A stretch of DNA of 57,711 nucleotides. Source: Nemertoderma westbladi. Lineage: Eukaryota > Animalia > Xenacoelomorpha. The stretch spans positions 1-57,711 of the forward strand of contig JAUCBJ010000847.1 of assembly GCA_032718475.1 (NCBI GenBank), given 5' to 3'. The notes under the pieces are model-generated. The model ran no database searches, was not told the origin of the DNA, and saw only the letters and a program-made list of their open reading frames with translations. The first letter of the stretch is position 1. Each line of letters begins with the position of its first letter. Shown piece after piece: positions 10,702 to 24,600 of this stretch. The translations under genes were made by a program, and so were the position numbers.

Positions 10702-13700
10702 ATCTTTTTTATCTTTTAGTTTTAGTCTGTCTTATCTTTTTATCTTTTAGTCTGTCTTATCTTTTTATATTTTAGTCTGTCTTATCTTTTTATCTTTTAG
10801 TCTGTCTTATCTTTTTATCTTTTAGTCTGTCTTATCTTTTTATCTTTTAGTCTGTCTTATCTATTTATCTTTTAGTCTGTCTTATCTTTTTATCTTTTAG
10901 TCTGTCTTATATTTTTATCTTTTAGTCTGTCTTTATCTTTTTATATTTTAGTCTGTCTTATCTTTTTATATTTTAGTCTGCCTTATCTTTTTATCTTTTA
11001 GTTTTAGTCTGTCTTATCTTTTTATCTTTTAGTCTGTCTTATCTTTTTATCTTTTAGTCTGTCTTATCTTTTTATCTTTTAGTCTGTCTTATCTTTTTAT
11101 CTTTTAGTCTGCCTTATCTTTTTATCTTTTAGTCTGTCTTATCTTTTTATCTTTTAGTCTGTCTTATCTTTTTATCTTTTAGTCTGTCTTATCTTTTTAG
11201 CTTTTAGTCTGTCTTATCTTTTTATCTTTTAGTCTGTCTTATCTTTTTATCTTTTAGTCTGTCTTATCTTTTTATCTTTTAGTCTGTCTTATCTTTTTAT
11301 CTTTTAGTCTGTCTTATCTTTTTATCTTTTAGTCTGTCTTATATTTTTATCTTTTAGTCTGTCTTATCTTTTTATCTTTTAGTCTGTCTTATATTTTTAT
11401 CTTTTAGTCTGTCTTATCTTTTTATATTTTAGTCTGTCTTATCTTTTTATATTTTAGTCTGTCTTATCTTTTTATATTTTAGTCTGTCTTATCTTTTTAT
11501 ATTTTAGTCTGTCTTATCTTTTTATCTTTTAGTCTGTCTTATCTTTTTATATTTTAGTCTGTCTTATCTTTTTATCTTTTAGTCTGTCTTATCTTTTTAT
11601 ATTTTAGTCTGTCTTATCTTTTTATATTTTAGTCTGTCTTATCTTTTTATCTTTTAATCTGTCTTATCTTTTTATATTTTAGTCTGTCTTATCTTTTTAT
11701 CTTTTAGTCTGTCTTATCTTTTTATCTTTTAGTCTGTCTTATCTTTTTATATTTTAGTCTGTCTTATCTTTTTATATTTTAGTCTGTCTTATCTTTCTTT
11801 TAGTCTGTCTTAACTTTTTATATTTTAGTCTGTCTTATCTTTTTATCTTTTAGTCCGTCTTATCTTTTTATATTTTAGTCTGTCTTATCTTTTTATATTT
11901 TAGTCTGTCTTATCTTTTTATCTTTTAGTCTGTCTTATCTTTTTATCTTTTAGTCTGTCTTATCTTTTTATCTTTTAGTCTGTCTTATCTTTTTATATTT
12001 TAGTCTGTCTTATCTTTTTATATTTTAGTCTGTCTTATCTTTTTATCTTTTAGTCTGTCTTATCTTTTTATCTTTTAGTCTGTCTTATCTTTTTATCTTT
12101 TAGTCTGTCTTATCTTTTTATCTTTTAGTCTGTCTTATCTTTTTATATTTTAGTCTGTCTTATCTTTTTATCTTTTAGTCTGTCTTATCTTTTTATCTTT
12201 TAGTCTGTCTTATCTTTTTATCTTTTAGTCTGTCTTATCTTTTTATCTTTTAGTCTGTCTTATCTTTTTATCTTTTAGTCTGTCTTATCTTTTTATCTTT
12301 TAGTCTGTCTTATCTTTTTATCTTTTAGTCTGTCTTATCTTTTTATCTTTTAGTCTGTCTTATCTTTTTATCTTTTAGTCTGTCTTATCTTTTTATCTTT
12401 TAGTCTGTCTTATCTTTTTATCTTTTAGTCTGTCTTATCTTTTTATCTTTTAGTCTGTCTTATCTTTCTTTCTTTTAGTCTGTCTTATCTTTTTATCTTT
12501 TAGTCTGTCTTATCTTTTTATCTTTTAGTCTGTCTTATCTTTTTATATTTTAGTCTGTCTTATCTTTTTATCTTTTAGTCTGTCTTATCTTTTTATCTTT
12601 TAGTCTGTCTTATCTTTTTATCTTTTAGTCTGTCTTATCTTTTTATCTTTTAGTCTGTCTTATCTTTTTATCTTTTAGTCTGTCTTATCTTTTTATATTT
12701 TAGTCTGTCTTATCTTTTTATATTTTAGTCTGTCTTATCTTTTTATCTTTTAGTCTGTCTTATCTTTTTATCTTTTAGTCTGTCTTATCTTTTTATCTTT
12801 TAGTCTGTCTTATCTTTTTATCTTTTAGTCTGTCTTATCTTTTTATATTTTAGTCTGTCTTATCTTTTTATCTTTTAGTCTGTCTTATCTTTTTATATTT
12901 TAGTCTGTCTTATCTTTTTATATTTTAGTCTGTCTTATCTTTTTATCTTTTAGTCTGTCTTATCTTTTTATCTTTTAGTCTGTCTTATCTTTTTATCTTT
13001 TAGTCTGTCTTATCTTTTTATATTTTAGTCTGTCTTATCTTTTTATATTTTAGTCTGTCTTATCTTTTTATCTTTTAGTCTGTCTTATCTTTTTATCTTT
13101 TAGTCTGTCTTATCTTTTTATCTTTTAGTCTGTCTTATCTTTTTATCTTTTAGTCTGTCTTATCTTTTTATATTTTAGTCTGTCTTATCTTTTTATCTTT
13201 TAGTCTGTCTTATCTTTTTATATTTTAGTCTGTCTTATCTTTTTATATTTTAGTCTGTCTTATCTTTTTATCTTTTAGTCTGTCTTATCTTTTTATCTTT
13301 TAGTCTGTCTTATCTTTTTATCTTTTAGTCTGTCTTATCTTTTTATCTTTTAGTCTGTCTTATCTTTTTATCTTTTAGTCTGTCTTATCTTTTTATCTTT
13401 TAGTCTGTCTTATCTTTTTATCTTTTAGTCTGTCTTATCTTTTTATCTTTTAGTCTGTCTTATCTTTCTTTCTTTTAGTCTGTCTTATCTTTTTATCTTT
13501 TAGTCTGTCTTATCTTTTTATCTTTTAGTCTGTCTTATCTTTTTATATTTTAGTCTGTCTTATCTTTTTATCTTTTAGTCTGTCTTATCTTTTTATCTTT
13601 TAGTCTGTCTTATCTTTTTATCTTTTAGTCTGTCTTATCTTTTTATCTTTTAGTCTGTCTTATCTTTCTTTCTTTTAGTCTGTCTTATCTTTTTATCTTT

Positions 13701-16624
13701 TAGTCTGTCTTATCTTTTTATCTTTTAGTCTGTCTTATCTTTTTATATTTTAGTCTGTCTTATCTTTTTATATTTTAGTCTGTCTTATCTTTTTATATTT
13801 TAGTCTGTCTTATCTTTTTATATTTTAGTCTGTCTTATCTTTTTATCTTTTAGTCTGTCTTATCTTTTTATCTTTTAGTCTGTCTTATCTTTTTATCTTT
13901 TAGTCTGTCTTATCTTTTTATCTTTTAGTCTGTCTTATCTTTTTATCTTTTAGTCTGTCTTATCTTTTTATATTTTAGTCTGTCTTATCTTTTTATCTTT
14001 TAGTCTGTCTTATCTTTCTTTTAGTCTGTCTTATCTTTTTATCTTTTAGTCTGTCTTATCTTTTTATATTTTAGTCTGTCTTATCTTTTTATCTTTTAGT
14101 CTGTCTTATCTTTTTATATTTTAGTCTGTCTTATCTTTTTATCTTTTAGTCTGTCTTATCTTTTTATCTTTTAGTCTGTCTTATCTTTTTATCTTTTAGT
14201 CTGTCTTATCTTTTTATATTTTAGTCTGTCTTATCTTTTTATCTTTTAGTCTGTCTTATCTTTTTATATTTTAGTCTGTCTTATCTTTTTATCTTTTAGT
14301 CTGTCTTATCTTTTTATCTTTTAGTCTGTCTTATCTTTTTATCTTTTAGTCTGTCTTATCTTTTTATCTTTTAGTCTGTCTTATCTTTTTATCTTTTAGT
14401 CTGTCTTATCTTTTTATATTTTAGTCTGTCTTATCTTTTTATCTTTTAGTCTGTCTTATCTTTTTATATTTTAGTCTGTCTTATCTTTTTATCTTTTAGT
14501 CTGTCTTATCTTTTTAGCTTTTAGTCTGTCTTATCTTTTTATCTTTTAGTCTGTCTTTATCTTTTTATATTTTAGTCTGTCTTATCTTTTTATCTTTTAG
14601 TCTGTCTTATCTTTTTATCTTTTAGTCTGTCTTATCTTTTTATATTTTAGTCTGTCTTATCTTTTTATCTTTTAGTCTGTCTTATCTTTTTATATTTTAG
14701 TCTGTCTTATCTTTTTATCTTTTAGTCTGTCTTATCTTTTTATCTTTTAGTCTGTCTTATCTTTTTATATTTTAGTCTGTCTTATCTTTTTATATTTTAG
14801 TCTGTCTTATCTTTTTATCTTTTAGTCTGTCTTATCTTTTTATATTTTAGTCTGTCTTATCTTTTTATCTTTTAGTCTGTCTTATCTTTTTATATTTTAG
14901 TCTGTCTTATCTTTTTATCTTTTAGTCTGTCTTATCTTTTTATCTTTTAGTCTGTCTTATCTTTTTATCTTTTAGTCTGTCTTATCTTTTTATCTTTTAG
15001 TCTGTCTTATCTTTTTATCTTTTAGTCTGTCTTATCTTTTTATATTTTAGTCTGTCTTATCTTTTTATATTTTAGTCTGTCTTATCTTTTTATCTTTTAG
15101 TCTGTCTTATCTTTTTATATTTTAGTCTGTCTTATCTTTTTATATTTTAGTCTGTCTTATCTTTCTTTTAGTCTGTCTTATCTTTTTATCTTTTAGTCTG
15201 TCTTATCTTTTTATCTTTTAGTCTGTCTTATCTTTTTATATTTTAGTCTGTCTTATCTTTTTATCTTTTAGTCTGTCTTATCTTTCTTTTAGTCTGTCTT
15301 ATCTTTTTATCTTTTAGTCTGTCTTATCTTTTTATCTTTTAGTCTGTCTTATCTTTTTATCTTTTAGTCTGTCTTATCTTTTTATCTTTTAGTCTGTCTT
15401 ATCTTTTTATCTTTTAGTCTGTCTTATCTTTTTATATTTTAGTCTGTCTTATCTTTTTATATTTTAGTCTGTCTTATCTTTTTATCTTTTAGTCTGTCTT
15501 ATCTTTTTATCTTTTAGTCTGTCTTATCTTTTTATCTTTTAGTCTGTCTTATCTTTTTATCTTTTAGTCTGTCTTATCTTTTTATCTTTTAGTCTGTCTT
15601 ATCTTTTTATCTTTTAATCTGTCTTATCTTTTTATCTTTTAGTCTGCCTTATCTTTTTATCTTTTAGTCTGTCTTATATTTTTATCTTTTAGTCTGTCTT
15701 ATCTTTTTATCTTTTGTCTGTCTTATCTTTTTATATTTTAGTCTGTCTTATCTTTTTATCTTTTAGTCTGTCTTATCTTTTTATCTTTTAGTCTGTCTTA
15801 TCTTTTTATCTTTTAGTCTGTCTTATCTTTTTATCTTTTAGTCTGTCTTATATTTTTATCTTTTAGTCTGTCTTATCTTTTTATCTTTTAGTCTGTCTTA
15901 TCTTTTTATATTTTAGTCTGTCTTATCTTTTTATATTTTAGTCTGTCTTATCTTTTTATCTTTTAGTCTGTCTTATCTTTTTATATTTTAGTCTGTCTTA
16001 TCTTTTTATATTTTAGTCTGTCTTATCTTTTTATCTTTTAGTCTGTCTTATCTTTTTATCTTTTAGTCTGTCTTATCTTTCTTTTAGTCTGTCTTATCTT
16101 TTTATCTTTTAGTCTGTCTTATCTTTTTATATTTTAGTCTGTCTTATCTTTTTATATTTTAGTCTGTCTTATCTTTTTATCTTTTAGTCTGTCTTATATT
16201 TTTATATTTTAGTCTGTCTTATCTTTTTATATTTTAGTCTGTCTTATCTTTTTATCTTTTAGTCTGTCTTATCTTTTTATCTTTTAGTCTGTCTTATCTT
16301 TCTTTTAGTCTGTCTTATCTTTTTATCTTTTAGTCTGTCTTATCTTTTTATCTTTTAGTCTGTCTTATCTTTTTATATTTTAGTCTGTCTTATCTTTTTA
16401 TATTTTAGTCTGTCTTATCTTTTTATCTTTTAGTCTGTCTTATCTTTTTATCTTTTAGTCTGTCTTTATCTTTTTATATTTTAGTCTGTCTTATCTTTTT
16501 ATATTTTAGTCTGTCTTATCTTTTTATCTTTTAGTCTGTCTTATCTTTTTATCTTTTAGTCTGTCTTATCTTTTTATCTTTTTGTCTGTCTTATCTTTTT
16601 ATAATTTAGCCTGTCTTATCTTAT
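10702..16624. repeat. 25-bp satellite, about 235 copies (5.9 kb)
   Basis: Unit TCTTTTAGTCTGTCTTATCTTTTTA, with a recurrent C/A variant (tcttttag versus tattttag) and occasional shorter units. Confidence 0.98.
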
Positions 16625-18272
16625 GGCTCATTGGTTCCATGGATTGGATATTCGGCATATTATTTTGGTTAGGGTTAGGTGTAGGTGGTTAGGCCTCAAC
16701 CCTACATAAAATTATAATTTACCCTTGTAACACTTACCTTACCCTAGTCATAACTGTAATAAACTTATGAGGAATTTGGCACAATTCCGTTCATTGTTAT
16801 TGCCATGCACATTGCACTCACCCTATATTCCAGTCCAGATATCAGCTGTTTGAGGCCGAAGGCCGACCCCCACTTATCAGATCACCCAGCTGTCACGGTT
16901 GCCTATCGTTCTGGTTATTTACCCATACAGACTGCCGACTGCAGGACTGCACGAGTACGCGACGATAATATTATATTTATATCTAAATTTCGGATGTTGT
17001 GAATGCTTTATTGAGCACTTACTAGTCACTACAACACAAATAAAATCAGCCTACTGTGTAACCGATTATACAACAGCCTTTACAACGCCTACCCTAACTA
17101 TACAAACTACAAACATAACCCACGATTGAATGAAAATGCTACATTGCTTATTGCTACACTGCCTGGGATTAATGTCTACTATCATACCAGTACTATTCTA
17201 TATGCTATCCTATAGAGCTATAGCTATAATAACTACCATCTAAAATAACTATAGATAATAGTATTGCTGTAATTATTTCCGCACCACCGTACCTAAGCAG
17301 AAAGGCCTATGTAAATCTCACCTAAATCCCACCTTCTGGGGGGACCGCACTGGAAATAAATCGTCAGACTTTGTGAGGGTACTCTCCAAGGCCGAATAAA
17401 CTTTTTTGCTTAAGGTTATTTTACGGCGGAATGGGACGCTTCACGGACGAGGCCACAACGCAACGCCAACACCTCGATGTAGGCGTTGGCCTCACACGTT
17501 GCCTTACATACACGAATACCACTACACCACCACAGCCCACACACACGTACCAACTGGCCAACGGAACATTCCACCCGGACCAAACACCCAACTGGGTGCG
17601 CGAGCGGCTAAGATAAAAAGATCATAGCAGCATGCATAGACTGTGAGATGAGAGATCCTATCTATCCTATCCTGTGTCAATTCTACCCCATCTACAAGCT
17701 TCCCATTGCAACCAGCAGACCAGCGTCGACTCACGTAATCAATCCTATCCAGTAATTGGCGCCTGTCCCTGTCAGTAAGCCTATATTAATATACTACAGT
17801 ACCGAGTACCACAGTAGTCTATTACTACTAACTTGGTAGATTACTACCGGTACCTTGGTTCTGGTTCGTTAGACTCTAATGTACTACAGTACTATACTAT
17901 TAAACATTAAACATAACCACAAGTTCATTACAGCATGAAGTTGCAAAATTAGCAGTTCCCATTTCAGCCATTCTGCCATTGTACCGGTATTACAGGCACA
18001 CAGTGACTTGTGTGCTTGTGGCGTCCTAGTGTAATTAAATCTCAGAAGAACATCTCGAAACTCGAAAGAGAAACACGACAATTCGCGGATTGAAAATTGT
18101 AGAAGAATGGAGCATTTGCACCTACACAGCACTACAGCTATAACTCTGCAAGTACTGAAGTACAAGTACCGGTACATAAAAAATGGAATAGCGAATATGC
18201 CTTCGCCTATTTCTCGAACTCAGAAATGAAAATGCAATTTCATATTTGCCGCCTCATTATCAACATAGTGAT

Positions 18273-18286
18273 GTTGCCAGGGGAAC
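18273..18286 (+). promoter_or_regulatory. RFX X-box upstream of CFAP96
   Basis: GTTGCCAGGGGAAC fits the GTTGCYAKGGNAAC X-box pattern and lies about 250 bp upstream of the ATG of a cilia-associated gene. Confidence 0.65.
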
Positions 18287-18536
18287 ACTAGCAGGTTCAT
18301 TATTGGTTGATTAATAGATTGGCAATGTAATCTCCCACTCTTATTAACTGGAGCTGCATTTTAATGCAATCAATAGCAATAAAAATACTTATGAATACAA
18401 TAGGACTAAGTTAACATTATTATTCTTAATATCAATAATTTATTATTACAATACAGTTATTTTATCTTGTTCATTAGAACTCGCAAATAATTTATTAAAT
18501 AAAATTATACAGTAACTTCCACACAAACCGACAACC

Positions 18537-18618
18537 ATGGCGAAAACTGATATGGAAAGGCTGGGTATTTTTAAGGATACTGGTTTCCTTCTTGGAGATA
18601 AATATCGACCAGTCCGAG
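18537..18618 (+). CDS. CFAP96: CFAP96 coding exon 1
   Basis: MAKTDMERLGIFKDTGFLLGDKYRPVR, followed by G|gtaatt. Confidence 0.9.
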
Positions 18619-21600
18619 GTAATTCATTTATTTAATTTTTCTTGAAAAAGCCAAGCAGCAAGTAAATGATTCAAATTCAAACTGAAAACCTGAGTTTTTA
18701 CAACAGAAACAGATATCGCCTGTGATACTGGGAATGTCTGCGTTCGTGCGAGTGTTGCAAAAACATCCGATGTACAGTATAGTGAAATCATCACACAGTT
18801 CATCGAAGTGATCCTTCCAACCATCGAGAGGTTATCAGTTGGATATTCCACTGCTACCCTGTCAGTAGTTAGGTGGCTCTTTCTTCCAGTAATAATATCT
18901 AAATCGCCCTTCATCGAAAGCAATATAAGAAATTATCAGAGCACTTTGTAGTGATGTCAAATCTGTGGCAGCCAATTACAGCCGATTTTCAAAATTGGCT
19001 TCCCGGGTTTACATAAACCCGCCATTTCGACCGTTTCCACGTGTTTTTACAAAAAACACACCCCGCCACTCGATTCAGGGCACCTTGTTACCCCTTATTC
19101 GATTGTTTCTAACCCAACAATGTTTTCGCGCACTATTTCGCTACGTTTGCCATGCGAAATAGATTTTCTACTGTAGTTCATCAGCGGCATTGATTTGCTC
19201 ACTGATTAGCTAGGAATAATTTTTGGAATGTTATCCATTTAGTGCTGCTACAGTAATGCTACCATGAGTTGCATCTCGGCATCTGTATATTTAGCTCTTG
19301 ATTTCCTCAACCTAGGCCCATATTGAGCTTCCGCTGATGTTCGTTCGGTTCTGAATCGTCCTTCTCGTTAGAAGTAATTGGAATGTGACATTGGTGCTGC
19401 ATTGCTCAGAGAATTTAAAAAATCAGTGCGTACACCACACCGTCAGTTTAGAAAGTCTGATCCGTTGGGTATTGAGTCATTTACAATCGCGACGAGAATT
19501 CCTATACTTCCTCGGAAATATTACCATTCAAACACTGATTTTTACTGATATGAGTTTGAGATCCAACTTGAAAATTACACCCCCGTCTCACTGCTACAGT
19601 AGGTCTTGAATGTGTCCGTGAATGTGTGGTTTATGGAACCCGCAGATAGAGAATCTTGCCAAAGTGTTATTATAAACATAATTACATTTTTACAGTTGAG
19701 TTCAATGTTTCCGCCGCTAAGGGTAAACAAATGCTACCAGGAGGCAGCAAAGAACCATGCGGGAGACAGGATGGCTACTTCGATAAACAGTTTGTCAGAG
19801 TGTTTGAGGGGGAGGGTTTATCTGATCCAATAAGACGAAAACGACTGGAACGTATACAGGCATCTAAACGTAACGTCGGAAAGGTAAGGCTATGGAACGC
19901 ATCTAAACGTAACGTCGGAAAGGTAACTATAGATAGATATCATAAATAGCTACTCAGCTACTACTTGCTTTTATAACTTTGGATGTCAATTTTTCCAACA
20001 CCAATGCTGTGTACAGGTACACGTTATTATCATGTATATTTCTTTTTTAAAGTACCGGAAAAAGCCGAGTCAGAGCCGAGAGATGGTGGACCCACTCCCA
20101 TCATGAACACGTATGAATACCCAACTAAACTTAAACAATCAGGCAAAATTAGTATTGTGTGACTAACATTAAAAATGTATGTAGGCCTATAATTTGAGGG
20201 AAATTGTCTGAATCAAAATTTTTCATTTTATATACAAAGCTTGATAATGTACACACGTATGCATCAATTTTGATCAAATCGGATCGTGGACGTGGTATTG
20301 GTGATATATTGACATCCCAACATTGAGCCAGACATAAACCGACAGTGGGACAGACAATACCGAGTTGACCCGTACTGAACTGTATTGTCAGGCTCACTGA
20401 CTTCACCGCTCGCCCCATATTGCCAGCACGTAACAGCATTTTATTCTGTTTCAATAGGAATTTATACCAGTTAGTGGATTCAAGGCACCCGAAGGTAAAG
20501 GTAGTTACTATGGCACTTTGGGAGGGTCGGTGAGTCATTTTAGTCCTGCCGCGCACCCACGGCAACCCTATAAAGCACCAAAACGAAACATATTTACTAG
20601 CCCAGGCAAACTTGGAACAGGATACGGGTAAGCTCTAAAGTATAAAGCAAATTACTCTTTTAGCCGTATCACTGTACGTAAAGTACAGTACTGTACATGT
20701 ACATTATACTGTACTGTATAATAATAATAGGTCTGGGGAATTCGTGAAACAGAACTGTAAGCGAACCGCTACTATAGGCCTACAGTAGGCCTGCAGTAGT
20801 GTCCAATTATACTGCGGCCGCCCTTCATACAGAACGGACGTGTGTATGTTTAGTGATTGTTAAGAGCCATCAGAAAATACATTCATGACATGTGTAGGCG
20901 AGGCATGGGCAGGTCATTGGATCTTTTTTATACCTAATAACTGTAGGCCTAGCTTATTGTACAGTATAACTGTTTAAGGACCAACAATGTAGTAAGCAAA
21001 GTGCAGAAAGCAACGTGGCACATATTTGTTTGGATTATTCGATTTTTTGGATTATTGGATTGGATTATTTACTATTTTATTTTTACTTTTTTTACTTTAC
21101 TATTTATTATTTACTAATAAGGATATAGTCCCCTAATATCCGTATTAGGTGCTCTTTTCTTACACCAAAGCTCACAAACCAATTTATAAATGTTGTGAAC
21201 GTGTCATACAGTACTGCAGTTATCACTGTAGCAACAGCTTGGTCTTATTTGTGATATTCCTGGGCTCCAAATCAGGAGGCTCTGGTTCAATCCCTATAGG
21301 TGGGGCAGTACTGTGTGGGCGCAGTGATTTAAATGCTGCAGCCTAGCCCAACCCTGGCTTTCATCATTAACTGGTCGATAAATGGGAACCAATGCAACTT
21401 GGGAAACATAGTGGTAAAGGGTTTACTGTGGAATTTCTCCCATTCATATACTGTAGTTATACTTACAGCATATCATGGAGAATTAAAGTACTGTACAATA
21501 GACCAAGTTACCACGCATTTATATTTGAATTCAACTCATAAGAACCCAGGCTAGTGGATAGATAATATCCTTCAAGAAGGCAGTAGGCCTAAGCCTAACA

Positions 21601-24600
21601 CGCAGACCTAACTGGGAATCGGCAGTTCTCATCAATTCGCTAACTGAGAACATCAGATACTCAGTGGGTATAAAATGTTGATCTACAATACGAAGGTCTT
21701 AATTATCTTTGAAATATTGAGGTACACACCCTCAGAATATAACACATTCGTAATTGTATCCATGTTTCCTTTCTTGCCATATTAGTGGAAGGGATACTGC
21801 AATATTACTTACTTACCAACATAGTGCCTACAACTGTTAGCTCGAGTCCGATCACGGTCCTCTATCAACATATTTAATGAATTTGGTACGGTACGACGTC
21901 TGAATTATTATATAATATTATAATCTTAAAATAATAAGTAACCAACTTAGAAACCAAAATATTATTACTGTATAGAGCAGTTAAGGAAGAGAGCTACGTT
22001 TGAGACCACAAAAAACGACATAGACTGTCATATACCTTGCCTAACTCCATGTCTTGGCGACCTTAGATCCTGGCGAACATAGGCATACAGTAGGCGAAAT
22101 TAAATCTTGGCTAACTTAGATCGAGACGAACTTAGGATCTAATCGCATCGGAACTACAGTAGGTTCGTACAGAATCTTACTACGCCAGTGTCTAATTCCA
22201 CATACGTACAGTAGGATCTAAGTTTGCCTACGAAATTCGCCTATTATCTATGTTCCCCTCGCCAGTGTAGTCCATCTATAGGATATCTACTTCTTCCAAG
22301 TAACATAAAGTTAACTGGGCTAGGGTGCTATCACGGCGAGAAATAGAGTAACAATATTCTTTCAGTATGATTGTACCGGTACCGTACTTTGCCGTATTAT
22401 AGGTATAGTTATAGTATAGGTATAGGTAGGTCTAAAAGTCAACACAGATGCAGACAGCACAAGTTTCAGAAGCGTATCGTGGACCGGCAAACGACACCGG
22501 TCAGCCGGTGTCACCATTCTTTCGCTGCGGTTAGTCCGGTAGACATATACCTATATAGGCCTCGGCCTGCCAGCCTGCTGTTAGCAGCCTAGCAGGTTTA
22601 GATCTTCTAGCAGTCTAGTATCGGTATGTGGTAGCGGTAGGCCTATGCCTTGGTGGTAGGGGCCTACTGTATAGGCAAGTCTGCCACTAGCAACTGGCAA
22701 AGCAAAGCAAGTAGGGCTGTAGGGCGTAGTACTGTAGTAGGCCTACAGTAATCAGGCAGTCTGGTAGTAGCAGAGTAGACTGCTCTGACTGTAATGCGGT
22801 AGGCATATACAATACCGGTATAGGCCTACTACTGTACTAGACTACTGTAGTCCCCCCACAGACCTTCCCTCCTGTAGCTGTGTAGCTTGGTAGGCATATC
22901 GCTACAATCAGACAATGCAATACTGCAATAGGCTTACCCCTACCTAAATTCTCAATTGCTCGTTCCGTTACTGCGTTATCATGTTATCTTTCATCTTTAC
23001 AGCTTTATCAGTTTATAGATAATAGTAGTTCCCGCTCCCGGTTGTTCTACCTGTCTGCTGGTAGGTCTACTGGTCTACTGCAATAGTCCTGTAATCAGAT
23101 AATAATAATAATAATATAATTATTTATAAAGTACCAAAATTGCATAGGGGTAGGCCTATACAGCTATACCTCAGTGTATACGGGTATAACCTGGGTATAA
23201 CACTACTGCACTAACAACACTACTGCACTAGGACTGCCGGACTGTAGGACCTATACATACTGTACAGCTGTCAGGCTGTATTTACAGTCTGACAGTAATC
23301 TGGTAATACTGAGTACAGTAGTCAGGTAGTAAGAGAAACATGTCTGACGATAAATCTTCCAATAATAAAAATACAGATATTAAAACCCCTGTTGAAAGAA
23401 CTGATGATATTACTGGTTCTATTAGATCAACTTTAGAATTCGTAAAGGACATTGAAATATTTCAGAATCTCCAAAACAAATTAGCTGATAATTTCTCATT
23501 CATGCGGCAGTCTGGTGTTATAGAAATAGTTTCGCATCCATATTTCTATACTGGAGTGGCAGTGGGTTGGCCCATTGCTATGCTAACTCGCCCCATCGCG
23601 TTAATTGTTGCTGGCGGAATTGGATTTTGTGTTGGTCGACTCAGTTGTGCTGGTGAAACTAACCTATTTAATACTGGCATCACTGATAAAATTTTAACCG
23701 GATCAGATAAAAGCGAGGGTTCGAAGTAGACATACCAGTATCCTTGTATCAGATAATTTGATTCCTGATTTGATTCTGACCGGTACGCGGTACCACGTAT
23801 GTATATATGTGGTGAGACTCTTTGCTGTTTTATCCTGGTTCTCCCGGATTATCTTATGATTTAATTTTACTATTAATCAATCTACCTGTAACGTAACACA
23901 TTACCTTGTTCTGGTATGAGTTCTGATAATCGTGAAACCATTGCTGTAACAACCACTAGTAACTCTAACGAAACGATCCATGGACTAAACCCCAGATCCG
24001 AGATTATTGACACCAAAGAGCTCCATAGAGGTCGATTATTAGTTGATCGGGCCCTCCAACTTATACATTACGAGAGCTTCGATTCCTACATAAAGACACT
24101 CCGGGACTCCAAGGTAAAGGACGTGGTGTTCTCTCCTTACTTCCTGTGTGGAGCTATTATCGCCTGGCCTACGGCGCGTCTCATTAAATCCCCGAGTCTC
24201 GGTTCATTGATCGTCATCGGCACAGGTTTCGTCGCTGGCGGCCTGTATTTTGGACCTTTTCAGATACCAAAGTACCCATTGCCCGGACGGACAGAAATGT
24301 ACCCAACACCAAAAGGAGACACATCAAAGGGACCTCAGTAGTATCGTTTAGGATTTATTGTGATTCAATTGTATTTAAATTAAGTTGGACCTAGGCATAT
24401 TTACGGTGCTGTTGTAATTTATGCTATTAATTTAAACTCCCTAACTTAGACCATTGAATTAATTTCTAAACTGTTTTAAAATGAGTGAATTCAATTTGGC
24501 TTCGGAATTAGTTCGCCGTTCCACTGGTAGTATTTCGGAGTCGGACATGCTCACTCTCTACGGGCTGTACAAACAGGCGACTGTGGGTAAATGCGAGACC

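Noticed and set aside
16660-16695. Telomeric TTAGGG
   Set aside because: Only one or two units, inside a short dispersed motif (ttattttggttagggttag) also seen near 49915 and 52495.
24450-24480. CFAP96-ACBD6 fusion protein by splicing exon 3 to the acceptor at 24449
   Set aside because: The joined frame reads GGA CCA TTG AAT TAA and stops before the ACBD6 ATG.
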